Assembly (NCBI RefSeq): GCF_037042905.1
Contig: NC_087245.1
Span: 35,342,001 to 35,406,000 of the forward strand
Length of the DNA: 64,000 nt
Direction of reading: 5' to 3'
Origin: Lytechinus pictus
Taxonomy: Eukaryota
A program made the translations under genes and the position numbers. Shown one piece after another: positions 36,801-51,600 of the stretch; within the stretch, counting starts at the first letter, position 1; each line of letters opens with the position of its first letter. Under the pieces are notes generated by a model. It searched no databases. It saw only the letters and a program-made list of their open reading frames with translations, and was not told the origin of the DNA.

Positions 36801-39800
36801 ATTTTGATTCAAGAAGTCTCCCTTCAGCCCTGGCACTGATATTTAAGAAAAATAGTCAAGTACACAATTACAATACTAGACAATCTTCCACTCTCCATAT
36901 ATCTCGTGCAAGAACAAAGTTCACTTTGGGCACTCTAGTTTGCACTGGACCCAGGTTTTGGAATGCACTTGACCCTGACATTACACATGCTGTCAGTTCT
37001 ACAGTGTTTAAAAGAAAATTGAACTATGGAAGTGATTCGTAAAGCCTATTTTTCGTGTGTTATTTATCAGTTAATGCTAAATTATCAATACGTTTCATCC
37101 CCCCCTTTCCCGAGCCTGGCTGGTCTCTGTCCTCATGTCCCCTTTTTTGTCCCTTTTGTACGTAAATGTGTCCCTCTTCTCTCCCCGCCTCTCTCTTTAG
37201 TTATCATTTTATATTATATTGCCATTTCTGTGTTGTTTATCCAATGTTCTTTGAATTCGTAATGAGGAACCTTAATTTACAAGCATTGCTTCACTTAGGT
37301 CTCCTCGTCTTCCTTTGAAATTATTTCTTTTCTGTATAATGTATTAAAAAACAATGTTTTCTGCATACTCTGTTTTATGTATACCTGTTTGTTTTATCAT
37401 GTACTCTGCTTATTGTTTCATACACACTTGTATGTTTGTCATGTATTCAAACTCAAAGTTGGAAGACAAATAAAATGAACTTATAATCGAACTGGTTTCC
37501 AGTTGATGGTTACTAATCCAGTTAAAACTCAACTGGACAGTAAAAATATAGGGGTGATTGGGGAAATAAGGCCACCTTTTTTATAATTCCAATTATTATC
37601 TTTTTAATGTAAAACAAGAGAAACATGATTAGATGTCTATTACTAGGTCTAGAGACTAGAGTAGACAGACATTATCCATTAGTTAAATGTTAGAATGAAT
37701 CAGCCTAAGTTGCATATTGATGAGCCGTGAATGTTTTTGTCTGGCGGCCTTATTTGCCCCACCGAAATGGGCAAATGAGGATGCCTGATCAAAACCTACA
37801 TGTATGTTATGTTGCTGTATTGAAAGTAAAAATAGTTCAGTTTTTTTTAATACAATCACCTACAAGTATAGTATTAACAATTAGTTATTAACCAAAACAC
37901 CCCCATTTTAGGATTAATATTAATCCTATCCAATATTACGGGAAAAAGGATTCTCGGATTATGTTTTCTACTGTCACAATTATATTATGGTGTATCTATG
38001 TGTTTTATTGGTAGTGGACACATATATTATATACCATAATAAAGTGTGGTAATGTCTACACTGCATTGTAAATTTTTAACAGATGTAACCATAGAGTTTT
38101 TAATTATGTATTAATCCGGGGGGCCTTACTTGCCCCATCGGACATGTTGAGTTCATAGGCATCCAGTCAGAAAAATACGAAAAGTGGTGAAATTTAGTAA
38201 TTTACTACAGTTCTGACATGCACAATAATACCTTACACAAGTAAACTAAGATAAAAGTTAATACACATTACTGGGTAGGTAAAGTGGTAAATTGCCAATT
38301 CGACTACTGCCAACCTGTTTACCCGAGGGGGGGGGGCAGTCAAATGTATTGCTGTACACACGCATGGCCAAACACCTCCTAAACGACTTTTTCTCTGTAT
38401 GCAAAATAACCCCCTAAACAAGTTTTTCGCAGGCTGTATTTACACATTTTGGCCCCTAAACAAGTTATCGCCAGAATATGACCCCAGGGAAAAAGCTTGA
38501 GGAAAAAAAACATACCCTAAACACGTTTGGCTAGTCTTAAAAAAAAGCTTCGGAAAAAAAATACCCTAAATCGTTTGACCCTGCGATTGACCATTGACCA
38601 GTCTTTCAAAACTACCCCTTTTTTGGAAAATCAGTGTTTTTGATTCCCTTAACGAGTGCATGCGCATGCAGCCCGCGTCCAAACTGAATAAACACCCCTT
38701 CAAACGTGATTTTTTTTTTGGTCATGCGTGTGTACAGCAATATATTTGACTGCCCCCCCCCCCAGGCTACTCACCACATGGTCTACTTTCATTTAGTCTA
38801 ATGGCATTCCATTTATAAACATTTCATCTTAAAACCATTTGGTTCGCACCTGTTATCCACTCGTCAATGGAAGTGCCCCCCCCCCCCCCTTCCCGTGGCA
38901 ATGCTACTTTAAAAATTTTGATTTTGAGGTGCTGCTGAGTTTGTGCTCCTCCTGGCCATGTGCACTGTGCTGTGAGATGTTCTCTATGCTCAAAATCTGT
39001 GCTAGCACTATTAAAGGAACTGTCTCAAATACTACACTAACAGTAATCCATTTGACCCTCCGATTTTTTAGCCAAACCCACTCTCCCCTTCTTGAAACCA
39101 GTAAATAAAGATTTGGACTTAAGTCTGGTTTTTCCTTCTGGGTAATCTTGGTTCAGGCTGGATGCACTTTCAGCACAAGAACTGACTGGAGCATGGAGTT
39201 GCTGAAACTACAAAAGAAACTATGCAGCTCTAACAACTCATATTCGAGGAGATGTATTTTATAGCACAAAATGTCCATTGACTGGAATTCTTGCAGTGGA
39301 AACATTTAAAGCTTTACACTGGCTTTACGTCTTCAAAATTTGGTGTGATCGTCAATTCAAACACTTTCACTATTTTCTAAATGAGACATGCAACCACCTC
39401 TTGTCTTTGTGTCTCCATGGCCTATTTAATGACCATCAACTTATACTGACAACTATTTAATTTGGAAACCTGACTGCTTCTGTTCCTATGGGTATTTTCA
39501 GGAAAGCAGGTAAATTATGTTTATATACAGTATGTAGTTTGTATGTGTGAGTTGTGCCTTTGTTTGCCTCCCAGCTTGATAGTTTGAACAATCAAAATTC
39601 CTGGATTATCAGAAATCACAAATTGACCAGTGGTCACACATAGTGTAACTCGTAACTTTGACAAGTACCTACTATTCAGTGGTATTTTCTTTTGGGAATA
39701 TTGCAGTACTTAATTTGCTTCCACACTGCCAAAATTACTTGGTATTTTTTGATAGGAAATTTACCCTGATCTATCTGTACCCCTGATCAGAAAAAAACCC

Positions 39801-42624
39801 AGGAACTGACAAAGGTAGTTTGAAAACACTGATTGACTGAAACAACCAGAAAAAAGATTTGGCCTAGTTTTGGAGTGGTTGAGACGTACGGTATATGTGT
39901 GTGGTACATGAAGAGTTTAAAATAAGCTATTTTTAATAAGAGCAGAAAAATTTAAGTAAAATATTAGTGAAGATTTAATGAAAGTTCATCAAAGAATAAC
40001 AGAGTTATGAATTGTGAATTTTTCTATTTTGTTACGTCTCAGAAGAGCAGCTCCTCCAAATGTCATGTGATATAAATTCCCCCAAATAACATTTTCCCAA
40101 AAGTTTGAAGTGATTATGTTTGTCCAGTGGATATATCATCAGACACATTAGTTCACTACTACCCCTTTTATATAAGGAAGAAAATAATTGAAATGAATTT
40201 AGATATGGGATAGCTGCCCACATGATTATGACATCACTATTTAAGCATTCTTATTCCTAAATGGATTTTCATTTGTTATGTATAAGAATTGTAAAGAGCA
40301 ATTACATTCATTAGTTATATCCTCTATAAGGATATTCATAACATATAATGATTAATAATATTCCAGAATGTCTCAGTAAAGCTTTGTTAGGCATTCCTAT
40401 TTAATGAGGTTGAGTAGTTTTTGTTATTTCTGGAATGTACATAGACAATGTAGAAATAGATACCCTTCTTTCATTATTTTTGTGTTTTTTGACACCCTTA
40501 TCACGTTACGTATGTAACGTGCCCTATCGTGAAAAAGACATCCTTTTTACGTGTTTTTTTGGTCGCGCATGGTATCCACTCGTCAATGTAAGTGGCCCCC
40601 CCGGGACCTGAGTACATGAAAGGGTAGTCCTTGCCTTACATCACTATGACATCCCATATGCGGCCAATTTGAAGTCTCCATGGTTATAGTGATTACCAAT
40701 ATTTACAACTTTTAAAAATTCATACCTTTCTTGTTGTTTGTCCAATATTGTTCAAACTTTCACCTATCAACTTGTCCGATTTTTCTTTTCCTTATAAAAA
40801 CAAGTTTTCATTTGGGTTGGATTCCCCTTTAATTTCACTGAGGTCATTGAAGAGTCTTCTAGAATGCTCTAGAAAGAAGGAGAATGTTCTTTTTAAAGAC
40901 AAATACTTGAAGCTTCCAGAATAGTGGAAATTTATCTATATAAGCTGCCAGTTAGTATCATATGAGATCAGAACTGGGTTTTGAAATTTTGCCTGTCCGC
41001 TGTATCCGTTAAAAGTACGTTTTGTGTCCGTCAGCCTTTGGGTTCAGGCCTGTAGTGAGCTACCATCATATCATCAGATGAAATGTACAAATTTTTGCTT
41101 GAACAGCCCCTTCATTTTTTTTTGGGAGGGGGAATTTTAGACATTTAACAGTGAAATTTTCCAAACCATTTATTGTACATATGTACTGCATAACTTTAAC
41201 AGAGACCAGACACATAGAAATGTTAAATTGCATGGGTAACAGCTGTTGACAATATTGATCCAGGGACTCAGTGCAGCTTTAGCCCTGTGATATATTGATT
41301 TGTATTATGGTTCAATTCTCTCAAATAATTACAAGCCATGTAATATCTCCGGATTTCACCACTGTCCAACTGCTTGTTGCATTGAAACCCCCGGCATCTT
41401 GCATTGTTTATTTTGCATGTACAGTATACAAGATGAGTTCGCCATAGAGCTTTCCTATTAGCATAAATTTACACAAATTTAATTAAGGTATATAGGAGAT
41501 TGATAATGAGAGGGGAGGTTCACTTTTGTTTCAGCAGTCATTACATCAGGATTTCCTTTAGTTGATAACACTTGTGTTCTGCTTCGTGTACCCTAGTTGG
41601 GATGCCCTATATTTTCAGAGTACCTTGTATTGAGAAGAAAAAGGATATTAAGTTTTTGGGAATCATTTGATTTCTTGAGCAATATGGCCAATGTTCAAGG
41701 GGGAGTGGAACAGTCGAATGGTAAGATCTGTTGCATGCAGAATTGTTTTGTTGGGGTACATGTACCTCCGGGCTGAAATATCTATAAAGCAAATAGAGTG
41801 AAGTTCACCAAGAAAAGTGCTAAAAATTTCATCAAAATCTCATAAATAATGGTTACCCGTATTGAATTGTAAACTTAAGCAATATTTTGTGAAAAATTAC
41901 AAGGTAATTGATCAATACTGTATGTAATTAATTACATTTTTTGAGTAATTGTAATGTTTTGAAAAAGAAAGTAATTGTAATTTTAATTGAAAAAAAATGT
42001 AATTGACTTCAATTACTGTCAATTACTTTTAATTACATTCAATTACTTTACAATAAACTTACTTATTTATTATTTAATTTTTGTTTTCATACACAGATGT
42101 ATGACATGTCTCTCATAACAAAATAGGAAGCAGCAATGAATACAGTATCTAATGCATCATATTAGTTATCAAACGTTTTAGTCTCGATGCTTGCCTGCAT
42201 CGCAGAGTGAGACTGCTACATGTACATGTAGGCAAAGCCGTGCCGACGGTGTTGTCATCAACATTGAAATCTTAGCCTAATCTGCAATATTGGATTTAAG
42301 TTATTTAGAAAGTTTATGGACCTAGTTCATGAATTTTGGACACAAGGGTAATCAAGCATTACTGATCAATATGCATGAATTTCAGGTCACATGATGTCAA
42401 AGGTCATTTTGGTTCAATAAACGTAGAACTTTATTATCATAGGAATTTTTGTTGTAAATAATCATATTCATCTCAGTTTTTTTCAATGTGTGCACTGCTG
42501 CAGTCTTGAATCGTGTATGAGTTGTACTTCTCATATTATAAGATTTCATATTTTTCTGACAAGATATTCTCTGTTTGGGGTATCATTGTATTAGTTTTTT
42601 CATGTTTTTTTTTTTTTTTAATTG

Positions 42625-42659
<35 letters not shown>

Positions 42660-45600
42660 TTTTTTTTTGGGGGGGGGGGCGGGGGGCTACTTTTCACGAC
42701 GTACATGCACGCCTTTTTTGCCTAAATCTTCAACATTGGATAACAATGAAGGAATGGGGTTTGTCCAGACTCCAGGGCCCCATCTTACAAAGAGTTGCGA
42801 TTGATCCGATCAATCACAACTATGGACGGCCAGCAACATCAACATCTATTATGCATGTTTGTTCAAAATATTTTTCTAGCTATGATGTAAATTCATGCAT
42901 TCATTGTTTTCTTGAAAATTCACTGTGACTCTCTTTGATTACAAAGCACATTGTGCAAATTTCCTGTAGAAAAAATTATGACACTGATGGATTTCCATAG
43001 AGTTTCGATTGGTTGGATCAATCGTAACTCTTTGTAAGACGGGGTCCTGGGCTCCTTTTTTTTTTTTATAGTTTCCAGGGTTCTTTTTTATTATTATGGG
43101 GGCAAAATTACCTGAGCCCCTGTCCCTGTGTAATTTTCCCTGATATATATCCTTATTTTTCATTCCCAGTTCAATACAATATTACAGTACATAAAGGATG
43201 CTCTCTCCGATATCCATCTATTCACTACATTCTATTTGGTCAATCCTTGGAGGCACACGTCAACTATGAAAAAGAAAGGAAAAGAAAACAGAAATGGGAA
43301 ACAACATAATCAATGTTGAGTTTTTTAGTACTCCTTTGGCTTTAGTGGTGCGTTGGCCCATGGCATCTATTGTGGTCTTTCTATTCTTCCCACAGCTTAC
43401 CGGGCATGTTGATTATATTGACTCCTACAGTGACACCTTCACAGAGTGAGCGGTTCAAAACACGTATTATTACGTCTACTGTAGTGGGGAGTAAGAGAAA
43501 GAGATAGAGGCAAGTGTGTTTTGGGGTATTTTCCAGGCTGTCGCACCCGAGATGTTTCAGAAATGGAAGTTTGATTTAGTGTATGGTATATCAAGCCTTG
43601 ATGCAGACATTCAAGTTAGCTGATGGCATGCATTACATTATGCTTTACGGATGTTTTATGGGAATTCTCATGTCTACGCACCAATCATTGGAACCTTGTC
43701 AGTGAATATGTTTTGTGGATTCTCTGTGGTATGTGGAGTATATTATGTATCACCTGCAAGCTTATGGACTATTTTGATTTGCACTGTAGTGGAACACTAC
43801 CTGTACTGAACTTGAGAACCTTTTTTGCAAAGGAGATTCTGTTTGGTTTCTAAATGGGACATTGTATTGTAGTAGGGTAAATATCATGTGAAGGTAACCT
43901 GAACTTGTCTTTAATAAAAGCATTCCACAGCTTGGTAGAATGACCCAACCTTTTTTACCTGGGAAGATCTTCTAAACGTCGTAAGAGACAGAAGTCTTCA
44001 AGCCGGTTGTCTTGATCTTGGTTGGCTACCAAAAGGGTTCTAATAGCACCATTTTCATATAGTCATATAAAAAAATATAGACCCCTGGGAATTTGATGAC
44101 TAAATACATTTTCTCAGTAAATCTTTCCGACAGAATTACTCCATATCAATATCATGTCCCTTTTATGCTGGTACGGAGTAGAATTACTCAATATTTAAGT
44201 GTTGCTTCACACACTGTCTTTAAAACCCTAGCTACTGTACTGACCCTGGTGCACTGATCACACACAACACACCTGCAACGCCACTGATTGCATTACCATC
44301 TCTCTGTACAGCTTCCTTGAATAATTTTAATCAATTGCTGCACTCGGCATAGTGCATGCAATACATCTATGGGATACAACACATTCAAGATCAGCATCTC
44401 TTAAGCCGAGTGAGACATTGTGGAGGCATGCTGTGGACACCACAAAGCAAAATTCTGTGATACCACAACATTATTTGACCCTTTAAGGGAACGTTGGACA
44501 TCTTCTAGCGGTATTTCTCTTTAAAAAATCGAAGAAATCACCCTGCTCCAAGATTGTTAATTTGTCTGCAATCTCTGTTGCATCATCAGTGATCGACAAA
44601 CGTGTGGGGAAGGAAGAAGAGAGATACAAAGCATTGATGGTCTTACATGTATAGCAGTAAATTCAGTCTTTGTAATATTTGAAGGAATCTTTGAGCACAA
44701 ACCAATAATGGCAAGTGGAGATCTAGGAATCCCATCATCTTCTTCCCTTAACGCAGAAGGTTTGGAAATACGCATAGCACCTCCAAAACAAGGTACATAG
44801 TATGCGTGTGGTGTATTTCATTGGGGTGATTTCAAGTTCAGTGTTGCATGGTGTTGGTGTTGTGAGCGAGAAAGGGCTCTTTAAGGGAGAAAAATGGGCT
44901 GGGTTTTGAATTACGCGATACTGATCGCATTATCAATAGATTGTGATGTCACGCCTCTGCCCCGCCAATCAGCTCAATTTTACACGGAAAGTCCGGAGAA
45001 GTCTCGACGACGAAAGAGAATTGGAGGAGAAATTAATTGAAGTAAAATCTTATTAAAAAGTACAGACTGCAAAGGTTGAAATCACTGCAAGACTCAGAAA
45101 GAGTGAATATTATTCATTAAAATGTATAAAGATCTGATGATTTACACACGTCTTAACTTAAAAGCAAATTTTTATGAGAATGTTTCATCCTGTAATGCTG
45201 AAAATTTCACCGAAATCAGATGTAAAATAAGAAAGTTACACTTTAACTTTTTGCTTATTTTTCACCTAGTACAGGTATATATGCACAACTCAGTGATATT
45301 TTTTACAGATCTGACAATAAGTATGAACTTGACTGAATCACAAATTGTTGAAACAATGGTAATTCCACATGTTCAGGGAGGAGTAAAAAAATAGGACTTT
45401 CACATGACATTGAGGAGAAAATTAAAATATTTCATATCATAAAATATAAAAGAGATAGTGAGTGGATAATGTCATTACTCGCCTCATTTTCATACCAACT
45501 GTTCAAGATGTGCATATAGCCGTTTTGATGAAAATTTCAGTGATTTATGCTTTTTGGATTTTCCCTTTTTATTCAAATCAACTTTTTGTTAGAGGTAAAC

Positions 45601-48600
45601 TTGTCCTTAAAAAATGTTACATCTCTCAAACAAAAAATTATCAATGCATAATTGCTTTTGTTTCTATTGAGTTTATAATGAAAAAAAAACATGTTGGCAA
45701 AATAGGATTTTTAACCCCAAATCAAATAGAGATTTAAAAACATATCATCTGCATAGTGCATGTTTTTTTTTCTCTTCTTTTATTAAGTGGCTTTAATGAC
45801 ATGTAACATTGGCGGTCATCAAAACCATTTGTATCACGGTACGACCCATTTCTGAGAAAACCGACATAATGTATGGAACCTATGACACATTGAATAGTAT
45901 AATTCAGTTGTATGATAAAACCATCTTCATCAGATGTGAATACACTGTATAATATAAGCTGCATGTGAAGTCCAAGAGATTTTGGGTCTCACTCTCAAAA
46001 GAGGGCCAAACAAATATAGAGGCTGTTCTCACTACGTTCCTAAAACTTGTTTACTGGAAACTACATGTAGTTTAGTGGAAACTAGTTTAACGCGTAGTGA
46101 GAACGGTCAAAGCGGTCTTGGAAGCGATCTTCCAAACCAGTTTGGAAAACCACCTCGCGATGTAGTTTTCAAGATCGCTTTGCCTCGTTAAACTGGTTTT
46201 AGCGTAAGTGAGGACACAACCGTTCTTCGGGAAGTGATCTTCGCACATTTTGAGCGCGCTACTCCACACGACAGGTGTAGAATGCCTATGCTGCGGTTTC
46301 AAATTTCGCGCGAAACGTGTCACCCCACTGAGAGCGTTTCCATAGCAACAAGAGCGCTTTACGTGAAGTGATTTTGAAAACCACTTTCGTGTGATCAAGT
46401 GGGAACGCTAGCAAAGCGATCTTCCAAAGTGGTTTCCTGAATCGGTTTCCAGTAAACTAGTTTAAAAAAGCGTAATGAGAACGGCCTCTATAGTTGAACT
46501 AGACTGTTAGATGCCTATAAACTTTTTACAGTCTTGCACCCGATTCCAATATATGATGGTATCAGAGACATTTTACGTTTATCGACAGGTCCAAGTTATT
46601 TGACTAAGTTTCAATATTAGTTTGATGATTTTTTAAATCGGCTGCTCACAAATTGAAACGATCCCTTTAAGTCATACTTAGCTCTTTGTGAAACACCTCC
46701 CTAGTCCTCTACCTTTCATGAATGTGAACTGTCTGCACCCAGTTGGATCCACATCCATGAATTTAAGCCTGCCACTCATGGTAAAAAAAGTACTTTGCCA
46801 CCTGCCACAAATTCCCCCTAAACTGCTTGAGAAACATTCACACAAATGAGCTCAATCAGGTCATTTAATGATACAGGATTCTCAAGAATTGGGTTCTTCA
46901 ATTGATTACAGAATTCACCCCTCAATTTGAAGATTGTAAGGCACTAATAATCCTGAAACCCTGCCCCTAACTCTTCGCCATGGGGTGAGCGCTTCATTTC
47001 CTTTGCTCATGCCACTTTGCGGTTTACACTTTGCCCGGCACTAAAAATGGTCTAGCTACAACACTCTCTGCGTCCTTGAATTATTAAAATAGATATCAAT
47101 GCTTAGAATGCTCATAGGTATCATAGCTTTAACAGGATGCTCCAATGCAAAATGCTCTCTCCTGTCTTGGTGTATCAACTCTGATATCCTTGAAGGAACA
47201 GAAATCAAGAGGGGATGGAGGATATTATTATTTTTTATTTGAATCAGTATCTATGGAAATTTGAAGCTCTTATGATTACATCCATCCCTTCTCCCAGTTT
47301 TATATCTGTCAATTGGTAAGCATCTCATCAATTTAGACAGGTTGATGGGGAGAGTGAGAGGGTGTATACTTTAGTGTAAAAGGAGAGATGAATGGATGAG
47401 GGGGGATTTATTTTGTTGAAATTTCAGTTCTCCAAAGTCAATAATATACCAGACATCAAGATTTTAAACTTAGCAATCAGGGGGTTAAGGCATTGCCCAC
47501 AAGCTCAGATCATATCAATTTTGTTAATTTTTTAAAATTATTTCTTGACAGATAAACATGCCCTCATCAATCCAAAGGAAAGAGCACCATTGAAAGAAAA
47601 TGTAATTGTCCAACAGGAGTTGATATGTGGTTATGATGGCCTGCGATTCATCATCGTGACATCTCTGGTGTTTGCTTTGGCCGTGACTATTGGCATGGTC
47701 ATATCTATCATTGCTGGAATTAGACAGGTAAGGGATCATAGCTACAATATAAATTTTAGTGACGAAAATCCAGATTATTGACATCCAGAAATGATGGAAA
47801 GATACCTGTAAGGGACTGAAATACAACAAAATGTGCAAATATTTTGTGAGACTATGCATGTTTCATCTGAAAATTTACCATATACATGTAGGAACTATGA
47901 TTGTCAGTCAATCAAAATCAAGGAAAGTTGTAGGATTTGCCAACTTGTAGGAAAATAAATGTTGATGAAATGCTCCCCCGAACAGAGCTTAGAATCCTTT
48001 GATGAAATTTTGTTTCAAAGTTAACAAAAATGGCTTTTGCAGTGAGCAGGGTGGTAGATATGGTTTCTTACTGCAACAACCGACATTCATCTGTCATCAA
48101 TTATTCTTGTCAAATCATATACTCTCAAATGAGACCGATATATTTTGTTTCTAAACTATGTGTAATGTCTGTTTGGTAAACAACTGTGGCTTCTCTTTGA
48201 TTGAAAATCATGTTGCGTCTGATGTAATATTTGGTTTTATTAAACAACCTATGAGAAGTGGTGTTGATTCTTTCTTGAAACCAACAAATGCATGTTGAAG
48301 TTGATTTGCAATAATAGCAGATCCAACTGCTCTGTTCATACTTAGATAGACCCGCATGGTGCGATAGCTACTGATGTTGAAGTGTGTTCGGACATCGGAG
48401 CAGACGTGCTGAAGCGTGGAGGGCATGCAGTCGATGCAGCGGTTGCAGCAGCGTTTTGTCTTGGAGTAGTACATGGTCATTACTCAGGATTAGGAGGGTA
48501 AGAATTCTCTTAAATTCTTATGTTATCAACATTAATGCTAATAATATTCATGTTAATAATTCTTGCCTCTTTTATTACACATAACTCCTGAGCTGATGGG

Positions 48601-51600
48601 CTCCATCACAGCCTAGGTTATGCCCCTGTATTTTGGTTCATGTATTTTTTTATTTTACTGTTACTACATTAATACAGAAACCCTTACTTTACAAATACTG
48701 TCATGTTTATCAAGGCCACTATTTCAACTTAGACAGATTTCATTATCTGTATAAAACTCTTCACTGATTAGGTGAACCCCCAACACAAATTCAGATATAT
48801 TTTACACATTATGGCTTTCTTTGGCTTTACATGATTATTTTGAAAAGTTTTATTTCATCCAGGGACCTGTTACATAAAATTTTATTTACACTTATCACTA
48901 CTATAAAATCTGTGATACAGTTTAGTGTTCACTTAAAGGAGAATGAAACTCTTGGAGCAAGTTAGCTTTTGTGAAAGCAGAAAAATCAAAGAATAAGATC
49001 AACAAAAGTTTGAGTAAAATAGGACTAGCAATAGAAGAGTTATGAGCATTTGAATGTCGAGATCACTAATGCTATGGAGATCCTCCCATTGGCAATGCGA
49101 CCAAGATCTATGATGTCACAGATGAACAACTCTCCCCTTTTGGACACTGAAAATATACCCCAAAACATCTTCTTTTACTCATTCTAATCATATGACAAAC
49201 GATTCATCAATGATATAATGTTGTGAAACCTCTGTACTTGTCCTCTCATAAAGAGAACACCTCACCTTGTGAAATACTCTATAAAAGTGAGAATATAAGT
49301 GAAATAAGTACTAAAGTAATGAGGGAGTTGTACGTCTGTGACATCACAGATCTTGGTCGCATTGCCAATGGGAGGATCTACATGGCATTAGTGATCTCAA
49401 TATTCAAATGCTCATAACTTTCTTATTATTCATTCAATCTTCCTCAAACTTTCAACAATATGTTTCTTTGATTTTTTTCTTTGATATGGATTCAGCTGGT
49501 TTCAAGGGTTTCATTCTCCTTTAAGTCAACATCCTAGAGGTAAAAAAATTATACCCCAATTCAAAGGAATCTTTCAGACCAATGCAGATTATGCAAGACA
49601 TGTTTTATTTGCCTCTCTCGTACTGTCTTCACACTGGCCTCAAACACCACTACAGTCCCGGGACTGTCCCGAGACTGTAGCGGTGTTGCCTTCAGTGTTA
49701 ATTCTCAGACCCGCAATAAACCACCCTGAGATAACCTTGCCTTGCTATAACTCTGCAACAAACTTTTGCGCTCAAACTATAGTCATAGCAGCGAGGCAGT
49801 CCTGCGATTGTCCCGCTCTGCTTTTAGTGTGAAGGCACACTACTACAACACTGGGATAAACCAATCGTGATTGGTTAAGCTGACCAATGTTTTCTCTACA
49901 ATGGGTGTATAAAGTGAAATAGAACAAAAAAAGCAACCAATGGATTCAAGTCGATCTTATTTGTGAATGTTAAATTTGATGAAATTATAATATTTTGCAC
50001 TTCAAATAATAATGCAATTCTGACTCGGAGCCAATAAATAAATAATGATTGAAATAATAAATGACCATTTTTAAAAGTTAAGATCGAGGATCCAGCGAGC
50101 AGAGATGTGTTTCTGGCGCTGATCTGTATAAAAGATCAGCGGTTTCCTCATTTTCCTGTCATATCGGGATCGCTCATGTGGTCACAAGCTTATGTGATTT
50201 TGCAGAGACGATTAAAATCACCCCCTGCAGTGTGAATGGGCACATAGAATGTATCCCGGAACTGTATCCGGATAACTCTTCTTCATTTATAGCTGGTTTA
50301 TAGTGGTGGACATTGCTGTCCTGTGACAGCACTCACTGGGAAAAGTTTGAAACCCACTGTGAAGATGGTATAAGTTAAACTTCGCCAAGGTCCATGCAGA
50401 TTATTCCAACGTACAGTACAGTGTACATGTATGTGAGCAATCGATCATTTGGGATGATCCATTCAAATCAAACATACACAAAGTGATAGTCAAGATGTAA
50501 TAGTAAAAACATTGGTTATTTTTGTAAATATATAAACATTTTTAACTGCATGGTAATTCATTAATATGACTCTTTGTATTCACTTGTATAAAAAAAAAAT
50601 CATATCTGCTTGTATTAAGGGAAATTAAATACTGCTCTGCAAAAATAAGCCCGGAGTATGAGGCCTTCAAAAGTGCATATTGTGTTTGTGGTTGACATTG
50701 CTTTTACTGATCATTAACTCTAGGATCAATATCAAATCCTGACTCACATGACATTGTACTGCATGTGAAGGTCAAATTCATATCCTGAGCACTGTTTCAC
50801 AAAATTTCAAAGGAATGGCTGTCGTTTTATTTTACTGAAATTGTGTCATCTGGTTGGCCAAACCGCCAAAGGCCTGTTTGTCATTGGAATCTGGTATCTC
50901 TTTAAATGTTAAGTTTTATGAAACAAGCGCCAATCAACCTCACCAACGCTATACACTATGCATTATTTGAACTGGCAATAGGCCTATAGTATGATGTAGG
51001 CATACAATTAGTTTTATGTCAGTGTTTTTATAAATATGTACAGTATATCAGTAATGTAGAACTGATTGGATTTGTTCAAGGATATTCTATTCAAATAGAA
51101 TCTCCCTGGCTCGTTCAGATAAGAAGATAACATCGCTTTATAATTTTGTTCAAATCTTGAAGCCCCCTTTATACAGAGACAAACTGCTTCTGGTAGCGGG
51201 GGGGGGGGGGGGGGGGGGGAGGTATGGCACATTTCACCAAAGAAATTATGTGATAGTACAAAATTTAACCTGGGAAAAATAACCCTAATTACACTGTAGA
51301 AACAATTTTTTCTGACGATCATCCGCTCTAAAGACACCTTTGGTTTAAAATTTAAATATGTGATTTATGATCAGATTAACTGGCTTTTTCCTCTTTTTAA
51401 AGGAAAAAAAAGTGTTATTACAAAAATTCAACTTGGAAAAATAACTCTTAAACAGTAATAACATATTTATAAAGACCATCCGCAGTCCTACATGTTTTAT
51501 TGTGTCCTCTGAGTATAGGCCTGGCTATTGGCCTCTATACGTAGGTTTCTGTGATTTAAATCAAATTAAGAATTTTCTTTATTTCTTTTGTGCAGTGGTG

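Noticed and set aside
39100..43900. Exon-like stretches ending at donors near 39509 and 43892
   Set aside because: No usable ORF or phase link to GGT; cannot be supported without transcripts.
44050..44790. Possible decayed RT fragment (GIP..SPL, NITKTEF)
   Set aside because: Similarity is too weak to call by eye.
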